Source of the DNA: Octopus vulgaris
Lineage: Eukaryota
Assembly (NCBI GenBank): GCA_951406725.2
Contig: OX597820.1
Span: 118,358,001-118,422,000 of the forward strand
Reading direction: 5' to 3'
Length of the DNA: 64,000 bases
Below are positions 12,021 through 24,860 of this stretch, piece after piece. The notes below the pieces were generated by a model that saw only the letters and a program-made list of their open reading frames with translations, was not told where the DNA came from and did no database searches. Each line of letters starts with the position of its first letter. The stretch's first letter is position 1. The position numbers and the translations under genes are program-made.

Positions 12021-13253
12021 TCAGTCGCATCATATTAAAGAAAGAAAAATGAAAAGCAACTCGTGACTCCGGTGGAGATTGAACTGGAGACGCAGAACAT
12101 AGAAATTAAATCATTGTAATTCATTTATATTCAGTGCCCTTCCCGTCTTGCGTATTATAGGCCTTCTTCTAATAATAACTACAATTTCTTTTGTAGAAGA
12201 GAACTTCATTTTGTTAACTTCCAATTTACGAAGTTCGACTGATAATTATTACGCGAATATATTCATGATCGAATCACATTTAATTACAAATGAAGAAAAA
12301 TATAATATAGTGCAATATAATAAAATAATATATGATATTTTATATATATATATATATATATAACCAATAAAGAATATAATTAATTTTGATAGAAAAAAAC
12401 AACAAATATCGTAGTTACATTACATTGGATATAAATTACAGTTCTAATCAATTTGCCGTCTATTGTTCAAAGATAAGGCAAAATTTAATTATAAATGGTT
12501 AGTAATAAACCTCAGAGAATATTTGGAATACAAATTAGACAGAAGCTTCTCAAGTAAAGATCTATTATATTACATTGTTATTGCTATATTATGTAACGTC
12601 ATATTATATATTTATATATATATGTGTGTGTGTATGTGTATGTGTTTATATATATAGTTATGTGGTATATCTGTGAGTGTGTGTGTGAACAAATACACAT
12701 GTATGTATCTGTAACTATGTACCTATACAAAGGCTCACAAATGACTCCCATATTTATCAGATTGTGTTCGGTAATCTCCGACAATGCTCTTCTTATCGAA
12801 CTGATTCCATAACAGATTTGTTTTCTATCGATACGTCTCCATCTTCCAACATTACATTCGATACAAGTAAACATCGCCCAAGAATATCAAAGCTAAGTCA
12901 AACTTTGAAATGCTCCACACATTCCGCATTCCTTGGCTTTGAAATTTCGTGTCAGAAAACGTCGCTCAACATGGCGCCTGTAGGTTTGAGGTCCAGCTGG
13001 AATATCTGGACTCGTTCTTTTGGAAATCAGTCCTCTACACTTACAATCAGCTGATATTCACGGTGCAGTTCCGTTTGGCTGCTATTTGTAACACATCTTG
13101 CGACCACACCGAGGATTCCCCGTTAGATCAAATATAATACAATCTTATTGGTGTCTACACGATATGCTCTAAATCTCTCACCCATTAAAATATTTGATGT
13201 CACCAAGACTTCGATACCTGCAAAAGTTATACTTACAACAACATAGCTCTTTC

Positions 13254-13382
<129 letters not shown>

Positions 13383-13476
13383 TGATGACTGAGGGCTTCG
13401 AATGTCCCGTCCTGTGGTTCTTGTGATGTCTTCTAGGTGTTTCACGTTCTTGTCCCAGTTTGTATATACTTTTTAC

Positions 13477-13545
<69 letters not shown>

Positions 13546-13552
13546 GCATACA

Positions 13553-13900
13553 TACGAGGGTGAGTCAAAAAGTAATGCCATTTTGTTTAGGACAGGTATA
13601 ATTACCAACACAGAAACATGTATCCTACATCAAAATGAAGCTGGTCCTCTGTGGATCACATCCCTACTTCTCAACATAGTCACCGTTTCTCTCAATAGCA
13701 ATGTTCCACCTTCGAATGAGAGCATGTATCCCTGCCCAGTAAAATTCTGTTGACTGTTCTTTGAGACTCTTCTTCACTATAGTTTTCACTTCCTTGTCAT
13801 TGGAATAATGTTTGCCTCTGAAACCCTCTTTCGTGACGCCGAAGAGATGATAGTCTGAAGGCACTAAATTTGGTGAGTATGGAGGTAGTGAAGAAGTGTC
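13553..13900 (-). mobile_element. mariner transposon 3' fragment with TIR
   Basis: PSDYHLFG...GKHY...EFY..GIHALIRRWNIAIERNGDYVEK*; terminus ta|cgagggtgagtcaaaaagtaatgcc. Confidence 0.88.
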
Positions 13901-13974
13901 TCAAAGAAAAGTAATTATTAACTATTCAAGCACAACAAAATATATATAAGAAAACTTACGATGAATTTATTCAT

Positions 13975-14190
13975 CGTGTTTGTGTGTTTGTTTGTTTCCG
14001 TCATAGTTTGACAAACGGTGTTGGTGTGTCTACGTCCCCATAGCTTACAGTCTTCCAAAAGAAACTGATAGAATAAGTATAAAAATACTGGTGTCGATTT
14101 CTTTGACTAAATCCATGATGTTGGTGCTCCAGCCTGGTCTCACCCCCAGGGAGTGAAATAATTAAAAAGTAAAAGGTAAAATATTAAAAG
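13975..14190 (+). mobile_element. SINE family B, old 3' half
   Basis: ttgacaaacggtgttggtgtgtctacgtcccc...gatagaataagta...ggtgctccagc. Confidence 0.6.
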
Positions 14191-14509
14191 ATAAGCAGAT
14201 TGTAATACTTTCGCTCTTTGGAAATTTAGAGATATGTGAAGAGATCTTATTTTCCCACATAAGTCGACATTGACCAACACCTAACGTCAACCATGACCAA
14301 CGTTTAAATTTAGGGCTATGTTCGATAAAACACCTAATCATTGAAGGGAATCAGATTAATTTATCCTTTTCCTAGTTACATAGATTTAACTGGCTTTTCT
14401 GCGTGGGTGTATGGTTACCGCCAATAAGTGTAAAGTCTAATATTATAGAAAGTGTTTCAAAAGTCTATGACGTTCCATTTTGAATTGGCATGCAAAATTT
14501 TAGGAGGAG

Positions 14510-15129
14510 GGGTGTTTGTGCCCGGCAAAGAGAACAGGCATCCCCTGTGCAAAATTCATGGCGAATAGGTTTATCAGTGTCCTTCAACTGTTGAACCAAT
14601 TACAGCTTGTATGGTGTGAACTGCAGCCGTTTCCTTACGGTGCACCAAACTGTTATTGATGGGAGCTGGAGTTCTCGACTGGTTATTCTGACTGATTTCT
14701 TGGGGCTGGGCTGGAAGGCTTGCTGAACTTGTTCAACCGTATTATCTGAAGTTAGCAGGCATCCTATTCATTTTGCGGGGCACGAATAGTCCTCCTTCTT
14801 AAATTTGCTTGCCACTTCAAAATGGAATGTCTCTCTGGTGCCTGCTTCGTATACGTTGCACAAAACTTGCGTTGAACACGTGTCTATAATTCAGTTTTAG
14901 TGTATTCTAGGAGGCCAAATGACATCTCTTGTTTTGTGAATAACATCAGTGGATCTGAAAAGAGACAAAATCTAAAATTAAATTAAATTCAAGTAATTAA
15001 ATTAAAATTGACAGAAGAAAGCTTGACAGTTTTTATTTTTAAATGGTACCAGTTCAATCATGCTACCATTTGCATTTCGTGTTCTTAGAATGTGTTCTTA
15101 GAATACATAAACTTTTAGAACACCCTGTA
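14510..15129 (-). mobile_element. Tc1/mariner-superfamily (DUF4817-type N-terminus) decayed 5' part with TIR
   Basis: Minus strand SPKKSVRITSRELQLPSITVWCTVRKRLQFTPYKL*LVQQLKDTDKPIRHEFC; terminus tacagggtgttct on the minus strand. Confidence 0.75.
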
Positions 15130-15249
15130 TTATATCAACTTACGTACTTCATTGCTACAAAGTTAACGTGGGGCGACTCGAATTAGGGCCACAAAGGGAC
15201 ATAACCAAATATAAAGGAATATTTTACCAGTTCAAATATACTTCAAGCA

Positions 15250-15403
15250 CATTATTTACCTTATTTACCTTATTTACATTTGACGGATATTTGTCCTCAT
15301 CTTGTTTGTTGTTAACACGTTTCGCCTGATATACCCTCCAACCTTCATCAGGTGTCTTGGGGAAATTTCGAACCTGGGTTCTTATTCCTATGATATTTTT
15401 CGA

Positions 15404-15480
<77 letters not shown>
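15250..15480 (-). mobile_element. Family H 3' half (degenerate hammerhead + (AAT)n) abutting an R4/Dong element
   Basis: Matches 1570-1800; hammerhead ACAC-CUGAUGA-A-GGUUG..CAGGC-GAAAC has 3 nt deleted at the cleavage site. Confidence 0.8.
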
Positions 15481-15482
<2 letters not shown>

Positions 15483-16665
15483 TTTCCTTCTTTCTTCAAA
15501 TTTTCTTCCGTTTCTCGCCGAGTGTTTTCCGTACACCTAGGGCAGAGAAGGGCATTGTATGCATTCCCAGATTACACACGCAAATTCAGAGGTAAAATAT
15601 GTATTCAATAAATTAATAAATAAATAAATTCATGGATGGATGTTGTTTTCACAGCGATAATGCTCTTCTGCTCTTCTCAGTACATGAGCCGTTCCAGTTA
15701 ACACGATGTTTTGCACTTCCTGTAGGGATGGTAAGCCTGGAATCATTTTCAAATAGGTTTCAGTACCTTTTTTTTTTATTATTCCTAGAGATCCTACAAT
15801 CACTGGTACTGTAGACGCCTTGAGACGCCACATTTTTTCAATTTCTATTAGCAAGTCTTTATATTTACTGATCTTGTCAAATTCTTTCGCCGCTATATTG
15901 TGATCACAGGGAATACTCATGTCAATTAATAAACATCCTTTTTGTCTGATCTTTTATAATAATATCCGGTTTATTAGCTTTTATATTTTTGTCGGTACGT
16001 ACGGGGAAGTCCCATAGAATCGACACATTTTCTCCCTCAGTCACAGCTTCAGGATGGTGTTTATACCATTTGTCAACGGTTTTGATTTTATAATGCCGAC
16101 ATATTGCCCAGTGTAAATACTGGCCGACTCTGTCATATCTTGCTTTATATTCTACAGGTGCTAAGACTCTATACCCTGAGATTAGGTGGTCTATAGTTTC
16201 AATCTCATCGTTGCAGAATCGGCATTTTGGGTCAGCTCCATTTTTTATCACATTGGCTTGGTAGTTCCGGGTTAATAAGCTTTGGTCTTGAGCAGCTAAT
16301 ATGAAACCTTCACTCTCTGCTTTTAGCCCTGAGCTTCGTAACTATTGGAGCGTTTGCTTTTGGTCGACATCAGCTTTTTTGCTACGGGCCACATACTTCC
16401 TGTGGAGAGGATTCTGTTTCCATCTGCTAGCTAATTTTTCATGTGCTTTTGTCTTTGCAATTAATTTTATTTCCTTTGCAGCAGCAGTTGGCGTATTTCC
16501 TTCATCCTGATCAATCTGGTAGGTATCTAAGATATCAGTAGCGAATTTTTTGCTTTCTTTGAGAATAGAGTGAAGTTTTTTCGGTCTTTCATGTTTTTCA
16601 ACAAGTTTTAGCAACCAATCGTTGGTTGCTTCAATGTATTTGGCCAGTCCGATTGTGGTGGTTTT
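15481..16665 (-). mobile_element. 5'-truncated R4/Dong-type retrotransposon (CCHC-like knuckle + RLE), frameshifted
   Basis: ETEG..AAQDQ-like motif, CRFC..ETIDHLISG, RYDRVG, LWDFPVRTD..ANKPDIII, KISKYKDL..EIEKMW, LTGTAHVLRR; the 3' UTR runs into (TAA)n. Confidence 0.92.
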
Positions 16666-17016
16666 GTATGTATGTATGTATGTATGTATGTATGTATGTA
16701 TGTATGTATGTATGTATGAATTTATGTATGTATGTATGTATGTATGTATGTATGTATGTATGTATGTATGTATGTATGTATGTATGTATGTATGTATGTA
16801 TGTATGTGTGTATGTTTGTTTGTATGTATGTATATATGTATGCATGTATGTATGTATGTATGTATGTATGTATGTATGTATGTATGTATGTATGTATGTA
16901 TGTATGTGTGTGTGTATGTTTGTTTGTATGTATGTATGTATGTATGTATGTATGTATGTATGTATGTATGTATGTATGTATGTATGCATGTATCTATGTA
17001 TGTATGTATACATGTA
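16666..17016. repeat. (TATG)n microsatellite
   Basis: Directly visible. Confidence 0.97.
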
Positions 17017-17104
17017 TGTTAACAACAAACAAGATGAGGACAAATGTCCTTCAAATGTAAATAATGTACATAATTCCTTATCTCTTAAATATAAAACTGT
17101 ATTA
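17017..17104 (+). mobile_element. Isolated 3' tail of family H (portion downstream of the hammerhead)
   Basis: tgttaacaacaaacaagatgaggacaaat...aaactgtatta matches the reverse complement of ~1540-1636. Confidence 0.75.
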
Positions 17105-17306
17105 TGCTTCAAGCATTTTCGAACCCGTAATAACACCATTCACTTATATTTGTAATGAAGTTTCTTGCTGTAGACAGCTAGGTGTACACACAGCGAACCA
17201 GTTCGCAGCGCCTCCTAAACAGAGAACAGTTCTTTCTCTCCATCTCTACCAATTCACCATTTTTCTTCAAGTAAAATCCAAGAGTTTCTGTGGAATTTTA
17301 TCCATT

Positions 17307-17425
17307 TCTTCTTCTTCTTCTTCTTCTTCTTCTTCTTCTTCTTCTTCTTCTTCTTCTTCTTCTTCTTCTTCTTCTTCTTCTTCTTCTTCTTCTTCTTCTT
17401 CTTCTTCTTCTTCTTCTTCTTCTTC
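17307..17425. repeat. (TTC)n microsatellite
   Basis: Directly visible. Confidence 0.97.
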
Positions 17426-17799
17426 TCTATTCCAAATTCTTCAATTCCAATCTGTTGCTACGTTGTTCACTTTAACTCATGATAATTGCAAAACAGTTTC
17501 CTTCCATCTTTAACTTTCACTCAACACCCATCCACCCTGGCCCACCCGTCTTTTCCTTCCTCCTTCTTTTTCTCGCTTCTTCCTGCTTTAATTATTTTAT
17601 TGTATTTCTTAGATTTCCTTCTTGATTTGTGTTTTTCTTTTGTTTTGTTCTTTTAATATTTTCTTTCGTTATATTTCTGAATTTCATTTAAATGCTAATT
17701 TTTGGAAAAATTAGAAGCAATAAAATAAAAAAGAAAGAAAAATCAATGAATATATATTTGTCGTCGCTGGACACATTGTAGCTAGGCGCTTGCGAGGTT

Positions 17800-17842
17800 G
17801 ATGATGATGGCGATGATGATGATGGCGATGATGATGATGAGA

Positions 17843-17889
<47 letters not shown>

Positions 17890-18050
17890 GGATGATGGCG
17901 ATGATGACAATGGGGATGGCGATGATGGTGGTGGTGATGGTAGTGGTGATGATGATGGTGATGATGATGATGATTGTGATGATGGTGATGACGTCGATTT
18001 TGATGACGATATTGATATTGGTAGTGCAGTAATAATAATAATAATGATAT

Positions 18051-18105
<55 letters not shown>

Positions 18106-18720
18106 ATATGGTGCTGCTGCTGATAGCCATAACATTAACAATGGTAATGGCAAAATGACTACTACGTCTAATACTAATACAACTGTTGATGGTCGTAGTG
18201 GTGGTGGTGGTAGTGGTAGTGGTGGTAGTAGTGGTGGTAGTGGTTGTGGTGGTGGTGGTGGTGGTAGTGGTGGTGGTGGTGGTGGTAGTGGTAGTGGTGT
18301 GGTGGTGGTGGTAGTGGTGGTGGTGGTGGTTGTGGTGGTAGTGGTGGTGGTTGTTGTGCTGATAGTGCTAGTGGTTGTGGTGGTGGTTGTGGTGGTGGTG
18401 GTGGTGGCGGTTGTTGTGCTGATAGTGCTAGTGGTTGTGGTGGTGGTTGTGGTGGTAGTGGTTGTGGTGGTGGTGGTGGTGGTAGTGGTTGTGGTGGTGA
18501 AGGTTGAGCTGGAAGAGAGACAAGCGTGTCGCAAATGTGAGAGGAAATTTCACTGTTGTTGCTGTTGTTGTTGTTGCTGCTGTTGTTGTTGTAGATGATG
18601 ATGATGATGATGCTTGTAATTGAAGTGGTAATAAGGACAAAGTTCATGTCGAGATGGACGTGATAATATTATGCGTGTGGAGTTTGGCGATAATTACAAC
18701 AGTGAGGATAATAACGATGA

Positions 18721-18753
<33 letters not shown>

Positions 18754-19277
18754 GGTGGTGAGGGTAAACATGATATTGGTAATGAGGATGATGATGATGA
18801 TGATGCTTGTAATTGAAGTGGTAATAAGGACAAAGTTCATGTCGAGATGGACGTGATAATATTATGCGTGTGGAGTTTGGCGATAATTACAATAGTGAGG
18901 ATAATAACGATGATGATGATGATGGTGGTGGTGGTGGTGGGGTTGATGTTGGTGGGGTGGTGAGGGTAAACATGATATTGGTAATGAGGATGATGATGAT
19001 GATGATGATGATGGTGATGGTGGTGGTGGTGATGATGATCATAGTGGTGATGATGACGATGGTGGGGATAATGATGATGGTGATGATGATGATGATGATT
19101 ATGGTGATGATGATGATGATGATGATGGTGGTGGTGGGGTTGATGTTGGTGGGGTGGTGAGGGTAAACATGACATTGGTAATGATGATGGTGATGATGAT
19201 GATGATGATGGTGGTGATGGTGGTGGTGGCGATGGTCATAGTGGCGATGGTGACGATGGTGGTGATAACGATGATGG

Positions 19278-19327
<50 letters not shown>

Positions 19328-19580
19328 ATGATGATGATGATGATGATGATGATGATGGTGATGGTGGTGGTGGTGGCGATGATGATTGTGGCGATGATGA
19401 TGGTGGTGATGATGATGATGGTGATGATGATGATGATGAAGATGATGATGATAATATTGATAACGGTGAATTGATGTTGATGATGGCGGTGAGGGCAATG
19501 ACTATGTTAATGGCAATGATGCTAATAAGGTTGTTGACGGCGGTGATGATAACGATAAAAATGATGATAACCATGATGAT
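17800..19580. repeat. Long compound (GAT)n/(GGT)n low-complexity block with internal ~195-bp tandem duplications
   Basis: Triplet repeats; gcttgtaattgaagtggtaataaggacaaag occurs at 18612 and 18805. Confidence 0.95.
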
Positions 19581-20313
19581 ACGAAAAAGAGGAGAGAAAA
19601 AAACCCAACAATAAACGAACGGGAATGAAGAAAAGAAGGGAAAAGAAGGAAATGCGTCAAGTCTCTACCGAACAGCGATTGATTCGAAAAAATATATTTC
19701 TGTATTTTTAATTAATTTCTAGAACCTTCTCAAGCAATACGAATGAACCATCGCTGGAATGTATTTATCGCAATCCTTGTCAATAGTTAAGTTGATTGAT
19801 TTCTAATTAAAACAGAAATTTTAATGACATTCATTACACATTATTTCAATATCGGAAGCAAACTGTTTGTTCGTATAGATAACGGTAACTTATTTTCATA
19901 TAAATCAGGGTTTCCGGATTTCTACATTTTTGGTCTTTTGTATTCTTGTATATATTTGGTTCTGAGGAAGATATAACACTGGAGGAAATAGTTTGGTATT
20001 CACAGCGATGAAGAGAAAAGATAAAAGAATGAGGTTTGCTGTTTCGTTTTAGGAAGAAGAAACACCAAGTCTTGCCGTTTACGTAGAAGGCAACACAAAC
20101 GACGAGTTGTAATGTAACTGAGCATAGAAAGAATACATTTCTAAAACTCTCAGAGAGATTTATGCAGTAACAGCACGATAGAGTGATAGTATGTTGTCAA
20201 CTTAATGTGACAGTCCCAGATATTATTTCTATTTTCAAAAATCAGTGAATATATTTCACTTGAAATATATTTTCAAAGGCAGATAGGCATCGACAGTTAG
20301 CAAGCCATGCTAC

Positions 20314-20356
20314 TCCAGACTGATGATGAGCAATGACTCTGAAACTAGTCTCTGGA
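20314..20356 (+). ncRNA. Type I hammerhead ribozyme motif (Penelope-like minimal form)
   Basis: UCCAGA-CUGAUGA-u-GAG(caauga)CUC-u-GAAAC-UA-GUC-UCUGGA: perfect 6-bp stem I, intact core, GUC cleavage triplet, palindromic ACUAGU. Confidence 0.75.
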
Positions 20357-20654
20357 TGCTGGCTTTGTTGGTCGGAGGTGCTTATCTCCACTTTGAAAGC
20401 ATAAGAACACAGGAAATGTGTCAAGTCCAACAGAAAACGGTGTTTCCTAGGGCTAAATAACAGTAGCATTCTTCCATTTCAGGAATAAGTTGACAATAAG
20501 TTGACAACATACAATCACTGTAACTGAACATCTCTAAAATAAAATCATTGATGATTTTTCTGCTTCTTTAACAAACCAAAACCAGTAACCTTTCGTGTCA
20601 AGCGCTTTTGCTTCTTGTCTTTTCCATTCCTTTTAGTGAATCTAATCTTCGACT

Positions 20655-21360
20655 ACTCTTCATGATAATCCAGCTGTTCCCAACCCGCAAGCTCTTTACA
20701 ACCTTCCTAACATCTACCACTAATCTACTTTAATCTTCTCTATCCATTTTATCCTTCATTCTCCCTAATGCTTCTACGGTTACTGGTATGACATCAACCT
20801 TCTTCATTTTCCACATTCTGAGGATTCCATACTTGTAATTTGTGAACGTTTCTGCTTTTCTTTCCATTCGTTTGTCAAACGGACATGATGGATTAATAAA
20901 GAGACATGTCTTATGAATTTTATCAACAACCATGATGTCAGGTTTGCTGTATTCTCTATTTGTAAAAGATTCTACAATTCTCTGATTCAAATATTCACTC
21001 AGGTTGTTTATACCACGTCTTCCTCTGCTCCACTTCTGTCAAAGCTTCCAATGTATGCCTCTAGTAACTTGATCCTATCACCATTTTTTGTCCTCTCTCT
21101 CTGTGCAGGTCTCGGGGTATTCAGACACAAAATGGGCCACCATCTCACCATAGATACATTATAATCACCACAAGGATGACGTCGCTTCTCCAGACATGTC
21201 TCTACTTTTGGCGTTTATGGTAATAGAATAGTCTTCACCAACCTCAATGGAATTCTCAGTTTCTTTTCTCAAAATTCCCTTTTTAAACCAATCCCAACAA
21301 TTATCTCCTTTTACTTCATCCACTGCCTTCAAATATTGACCTTATAAGAGCTTGTTTTTT
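20655..21360 (-). mobile_element. Old decayed R4/Dong-type retrotransposon 3' fragment
   Basis: SKPDIMVVDKIHKTCLFINPSCPFD...MWKMKKVDVIPVTVEALG, with a degenerate LGTA motif downstream. Confidence 0.75.
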
Positions 21361-21392
21361 TTTTGTGTGCTTCTAGTTTAAACTTATTCTTA

Positions 21393-21604
21393 TACAGGGT
21401 GTTCAATTTATAAGTTAACTCAATTGTATTTATTAATAGTTATAAGGAGTGGTTGTGTGGTAAGTAGCTAGCTTACCAACCAAATGGTTCCGGGTTCAGT
21501 CCCACTGCGTGGCACCTTGGGCAAGTGTCTTCTGCTATAGCCTCGGGCCGACCAGGGCCTTGTGAGTGGATTTGGTAGACGGAAACTGAAAGAAGCCCGT
21601 CGTA

Positions 21605-21683
<79 letters not shown>

Positions 21684-22440
21684 GTCTGTGTTTATCCCCA
21701 TAGCATTGCTTGACAACCGATGCGGGTGTGTTTATGTGCCCGTTACTTAGCGGTTCGGCAAAAGAGACCGATAGAATAAGTACTGGGCTTACAAAAAGAA
21801 TAAGTCCCGGGGTCGAGTTGCTCGACTAAGGGTGGTGCTCCAGCATGGCCGCAGTCAAATGACTGAAACAAGTAAAAGAGTAAAGAGTAAGAGTATTATG
21901 GATAAACCTACTTTTGTTAAAATGCTCATTTAAAAGTTACAACGTCAAACTGGTTACAAAAGGTGTTGAAATTGTTGGTTGCCATGTTGTAGACATAAGT
22001 CAACACGACAACGTTTGTTCTGGAACACATTAACCAATACTTCACGTGGGATATTTTGGACAACATCAATAATATCCGTACACAGTTCATCAAGTGTATG
22101 CAGATTCTTTGCAAACACAGCGTCCTTGATATAGCCGAATAAAAAGAAATCGAGAGACGTTAAGTATGGCGATCTGGATGGCCAGAGACCATTCGTGATC
22201 AACCTCTGTTCAAAAGTTTTGTCGTAAGTGAAACAAAGTGTGGTTGCTAACATGACATGTTGCTGAGTTCTATTGAAGCCAAGCGTTGCTCTTTCCATTC
22301 TCAGTTGGCTGCTCAACAAACTGATCAATTATCTCACAATAACGTTCCGAATTCAAGGTTTCTTGGTAAAAAAAAACATCGGTCCTACTATTCTTCGCCT
22401 GCTGATAGCCATCCATACATCTTCACTGCATGTAAGGGTG
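21393..22440 (-). mobile_element. Tc1/mariner-superfamily transposon 3' part (interrupted by SINE B)
   Basis: WPSRSPYLTSLDFFLFGYIKDAVF...RVDLCLQHGNQQFQHLL*; terminus tacagggtgttc at 21393. Confidence 0.85.
21445..21893 (+). mobile_element. SINE family B (tRNA-like head, CORE-like segment, internal (TA)n(TG)n, tail ...gactgaaacaagtaaaaga)
   Basis: Near-identical to copies at 23968, 25893, 34381, 47635 and 56912. Confidence 0.9.
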
Positions 22441-22755
22441 ATTCGACAAACTGGTGTGTGTGTGTGTGTGTGATTTGTTTAGATCCTCGTAACTTAGCGG
22501 TTCAGCACAAGAGACAGATAGAATATCACCAAACATGAATAAATAAAAAAAAACAGAAACGTGCTGGGATCGATTTGTATGACCAGCCCTTCAAGGTGGC
22601 GCCCCAGCATGGCCGCAGTCAATAACTGATACAAGAGCGACCGTTTTAATTCTCAGCTTGCTGCCGTATCATTCGCATCGAACCGTATTCCAATTCGAAC
22701 AGGGTAAAACTCTTTCCAGTCAGGTTATCGAACAAATCAGCATTACACAAGTTGA

Positions 22756-23148
22756 CTTACCTTTATAAATAAAGCTGAAGTTGTCTGTGTATGGCGGGTT
22801 TCGTAGCCTTCCACTAACACTATCTCCTCCGAGACCCTGCGGCGCAAGTTGACCAAAATTGAAAGCATGGTAGAAAAAGGCTTGCTCTTACTTCCGTAGA
22901 AGAAAAAATTCAAATCGAACCGTGTTAACACCAAAAATTATTTACATCAAAAAGGTGCTTTTTTTCTATGAAAATCCCTATTCTTTATGATTTTTGACTG
23001 CTGTGTCGCCATTTTTCGGTGTATTTCAACCAGAAAAATGTTCACTTAAAGAGAATAACAAGCTACATAACTCAAAAGTTTTACTTTTCAAAAATTCCAA
23101 TTCTAAAGGGTCGAAACAAACCCGAGCAACGTCGGGCGATACTGCTAG
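22756..23148 (+). mobile_element. Non-autonomous Helitron
   Basis: 3' hairpin cccga-gcaacg-tcggg about 8 nt before terminal CTAG|T; 5' end tataaataaagctgaagttgtctgtgt resembles animal Helitron starts, though the TC terminus is degenerate. Confidence 0.7.
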
Positions 23149-23422
23149 TTTAAAGATAGAGTGAAGTAATTGATGGAACACGTCGTTAATCAAGGTTATC
23201 ATTGTAAGTTATTAATTAAAATTTTCATTGTTGCGTTCTTAATCATGATTTATTAAAAATTATGGCTTTGTTTAAAGCCTACAATTTAATATGAGATTCC
23301 AAAAGTATTAAATCATTTTTAACCAATAATAAATGCTTATTGTTTTGCTACATTGGTAGCGGGAATCTGACGATGGTTTGGGGGTGTAATTATCTCCCCT
23401 TATGCTTGCTTGCCGTCGTCCT

Positions 23423-23680
23423 TATAGTGCCGGGTTTGGAGTTTTTGAAGTCGGCTGTTTAGAATAAAGAGCCTTCTTTGGGATGTCTTAGGCAGTTACA
23501 TGCAACACACGTGGTTAGGCGTGTTGTACCCAAGATCGCGGTTTCGATTCCCATATAGTGCCGGGTTTGGAGTTTTTGAAGTCGGCTGTTTAGAATAAAG
23601 AGCCTTCTTTGGGATGTCTTAGGCAGTTACATGCAACACACGTGGTTAGGCGTGTTGTACCCAAGATCGCGGTTTCGATT
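23423..23680 (+). repeat. Perfect tandem duplication, period 131 bp
   Basis: tatagtgccgggtttgg...cgcggtttcgattc at 23423 and 23554. Confidence 0.92.
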
Positions 23681-23912
23681 CTCAAACTGTCAGTGCATTG
23701 TGTCCTTGAGCAAATACTTCGTTTCTTGTTGCCTCAATACAGCCAGCTGTGAACGGATAACCCTATGACCGACCAGTCTTCCAACCAACAGGAATGTCGA
23801 CCTGCTCAAATAGCCAGCGGAGTGGTATCATTCGAAAGCTAAAACTATGCAAAGCACATTGTGACCAGCGATGTATAACAACCTCCAATAGTCTGGTCGC
23901 TCACCTGATCAC
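23640..23912 (+). mobile_element. Old family C-related SINE with RTE-type tail (gaccag...ctggtc)
   Basis: Head gtggttagg..cgcggtttcgattc; tail cattgtgaccagcgatgta...ctggtcgctcacctgatcacg resembles 55255-55315. Confidence 0.6.
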
Positions 23913-23967
23913 GGGATTTTTTACGGCTGTTTGCAATTTTATTTGTTTTTATATATTTTGTTATGAT

Positions 23968-24384
23968 ATAGGCGCAGGAGTGGCTGTGTGGTAAGTAGCT
24001 CGTCTACCAACCACATGGTTCCGGGTTCAGTCCCACTGCGTGGCACCTTGGGCAAGTGTCTTCTACTATAGCCTCGGGCCGACCAAAGCCTTGTGAGTGG
24101 ATTTGGTAGACGGAAACTGAAAGAAGCCCGTCGTATATATGTATATATATATATATATGCGTGTGTGTGTGTGTGTTTGTGTGTCTGTGTTTGTCCCCCT
24201 AGCATTGCTTGACATTGCTGGTGTATTTATGTCCCCGTTACTTAGCGGTTCGGCAAAAAGAGACCGATAGAATAAGTACTGGGCTTACAAAAGAATAAGT
24301 CCCGGGGTCGAGTTGCTCGATTAAAGGCGGTGCTCCAGCATGGCCGCAGTCAAATGACTGAAACAAGCAAAAGAGTAAAAGAGA
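23968..24384 (+). mobile_element. SINE family B
   Basis: Full-length match from ggcgcaggagtggctgtgtggtaag to gtaaaagag. Confidence 0.92.
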
Positions 24385-24479
24385 AATCCATTTGTTTTAT
24401 TTTCGTTTTGATAGTGGTTAAGGTCCAGGTTAAACACGCAACAGTTGAGGGCTGTTGAGTTCTCTTATTTCACTGGTCA

Positions 24480-24860
24480 TTTATCTTTTGCTGTGTTCAG
24501 TCATTAGACTGCAGCCAAGCTGGGGCACCGCTCTGCCTTGAAGAACACATGCCGAACAAATCAATCTCAGTTCTTAATTTTTAAAGCTTGATACTTATTC
24601 TAACGGCCTTTGACCGAACCGCTAAGTTACAGGGACGTAAACACAGCAGCACCGGTTGTCAACTGGTGTTGGGACAAAAACAGACACATAATATGCGGCG
24701 GGCATCTTCAACTTTCTCTTCGAAATCCACTCAAATGAGTTTTTGGTCGACCCGAGGTTACAATAGAAGGCTTTTGCCCAAAGTGCAACACACTGGGACT
24801 GAACCTGGAACCATATGGTTGAGAAGCAAATCCGTTTACCACACGGCTATGCTTGCGCTT
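24480..24860 (-). mobile_element. SINE family B, old copy
   Basis: ttcagtcattagactgcagccaagctgggg...gggactgaacctggaaccatatggtt. Confidence 0.7.

Noticed and set aside
12730-13170. Possible old LINE fragments (also 31330-31560 and 57700-57895)
   Set aside because: Composition is suggestive, but the motifs are too decayed to assign by eye.
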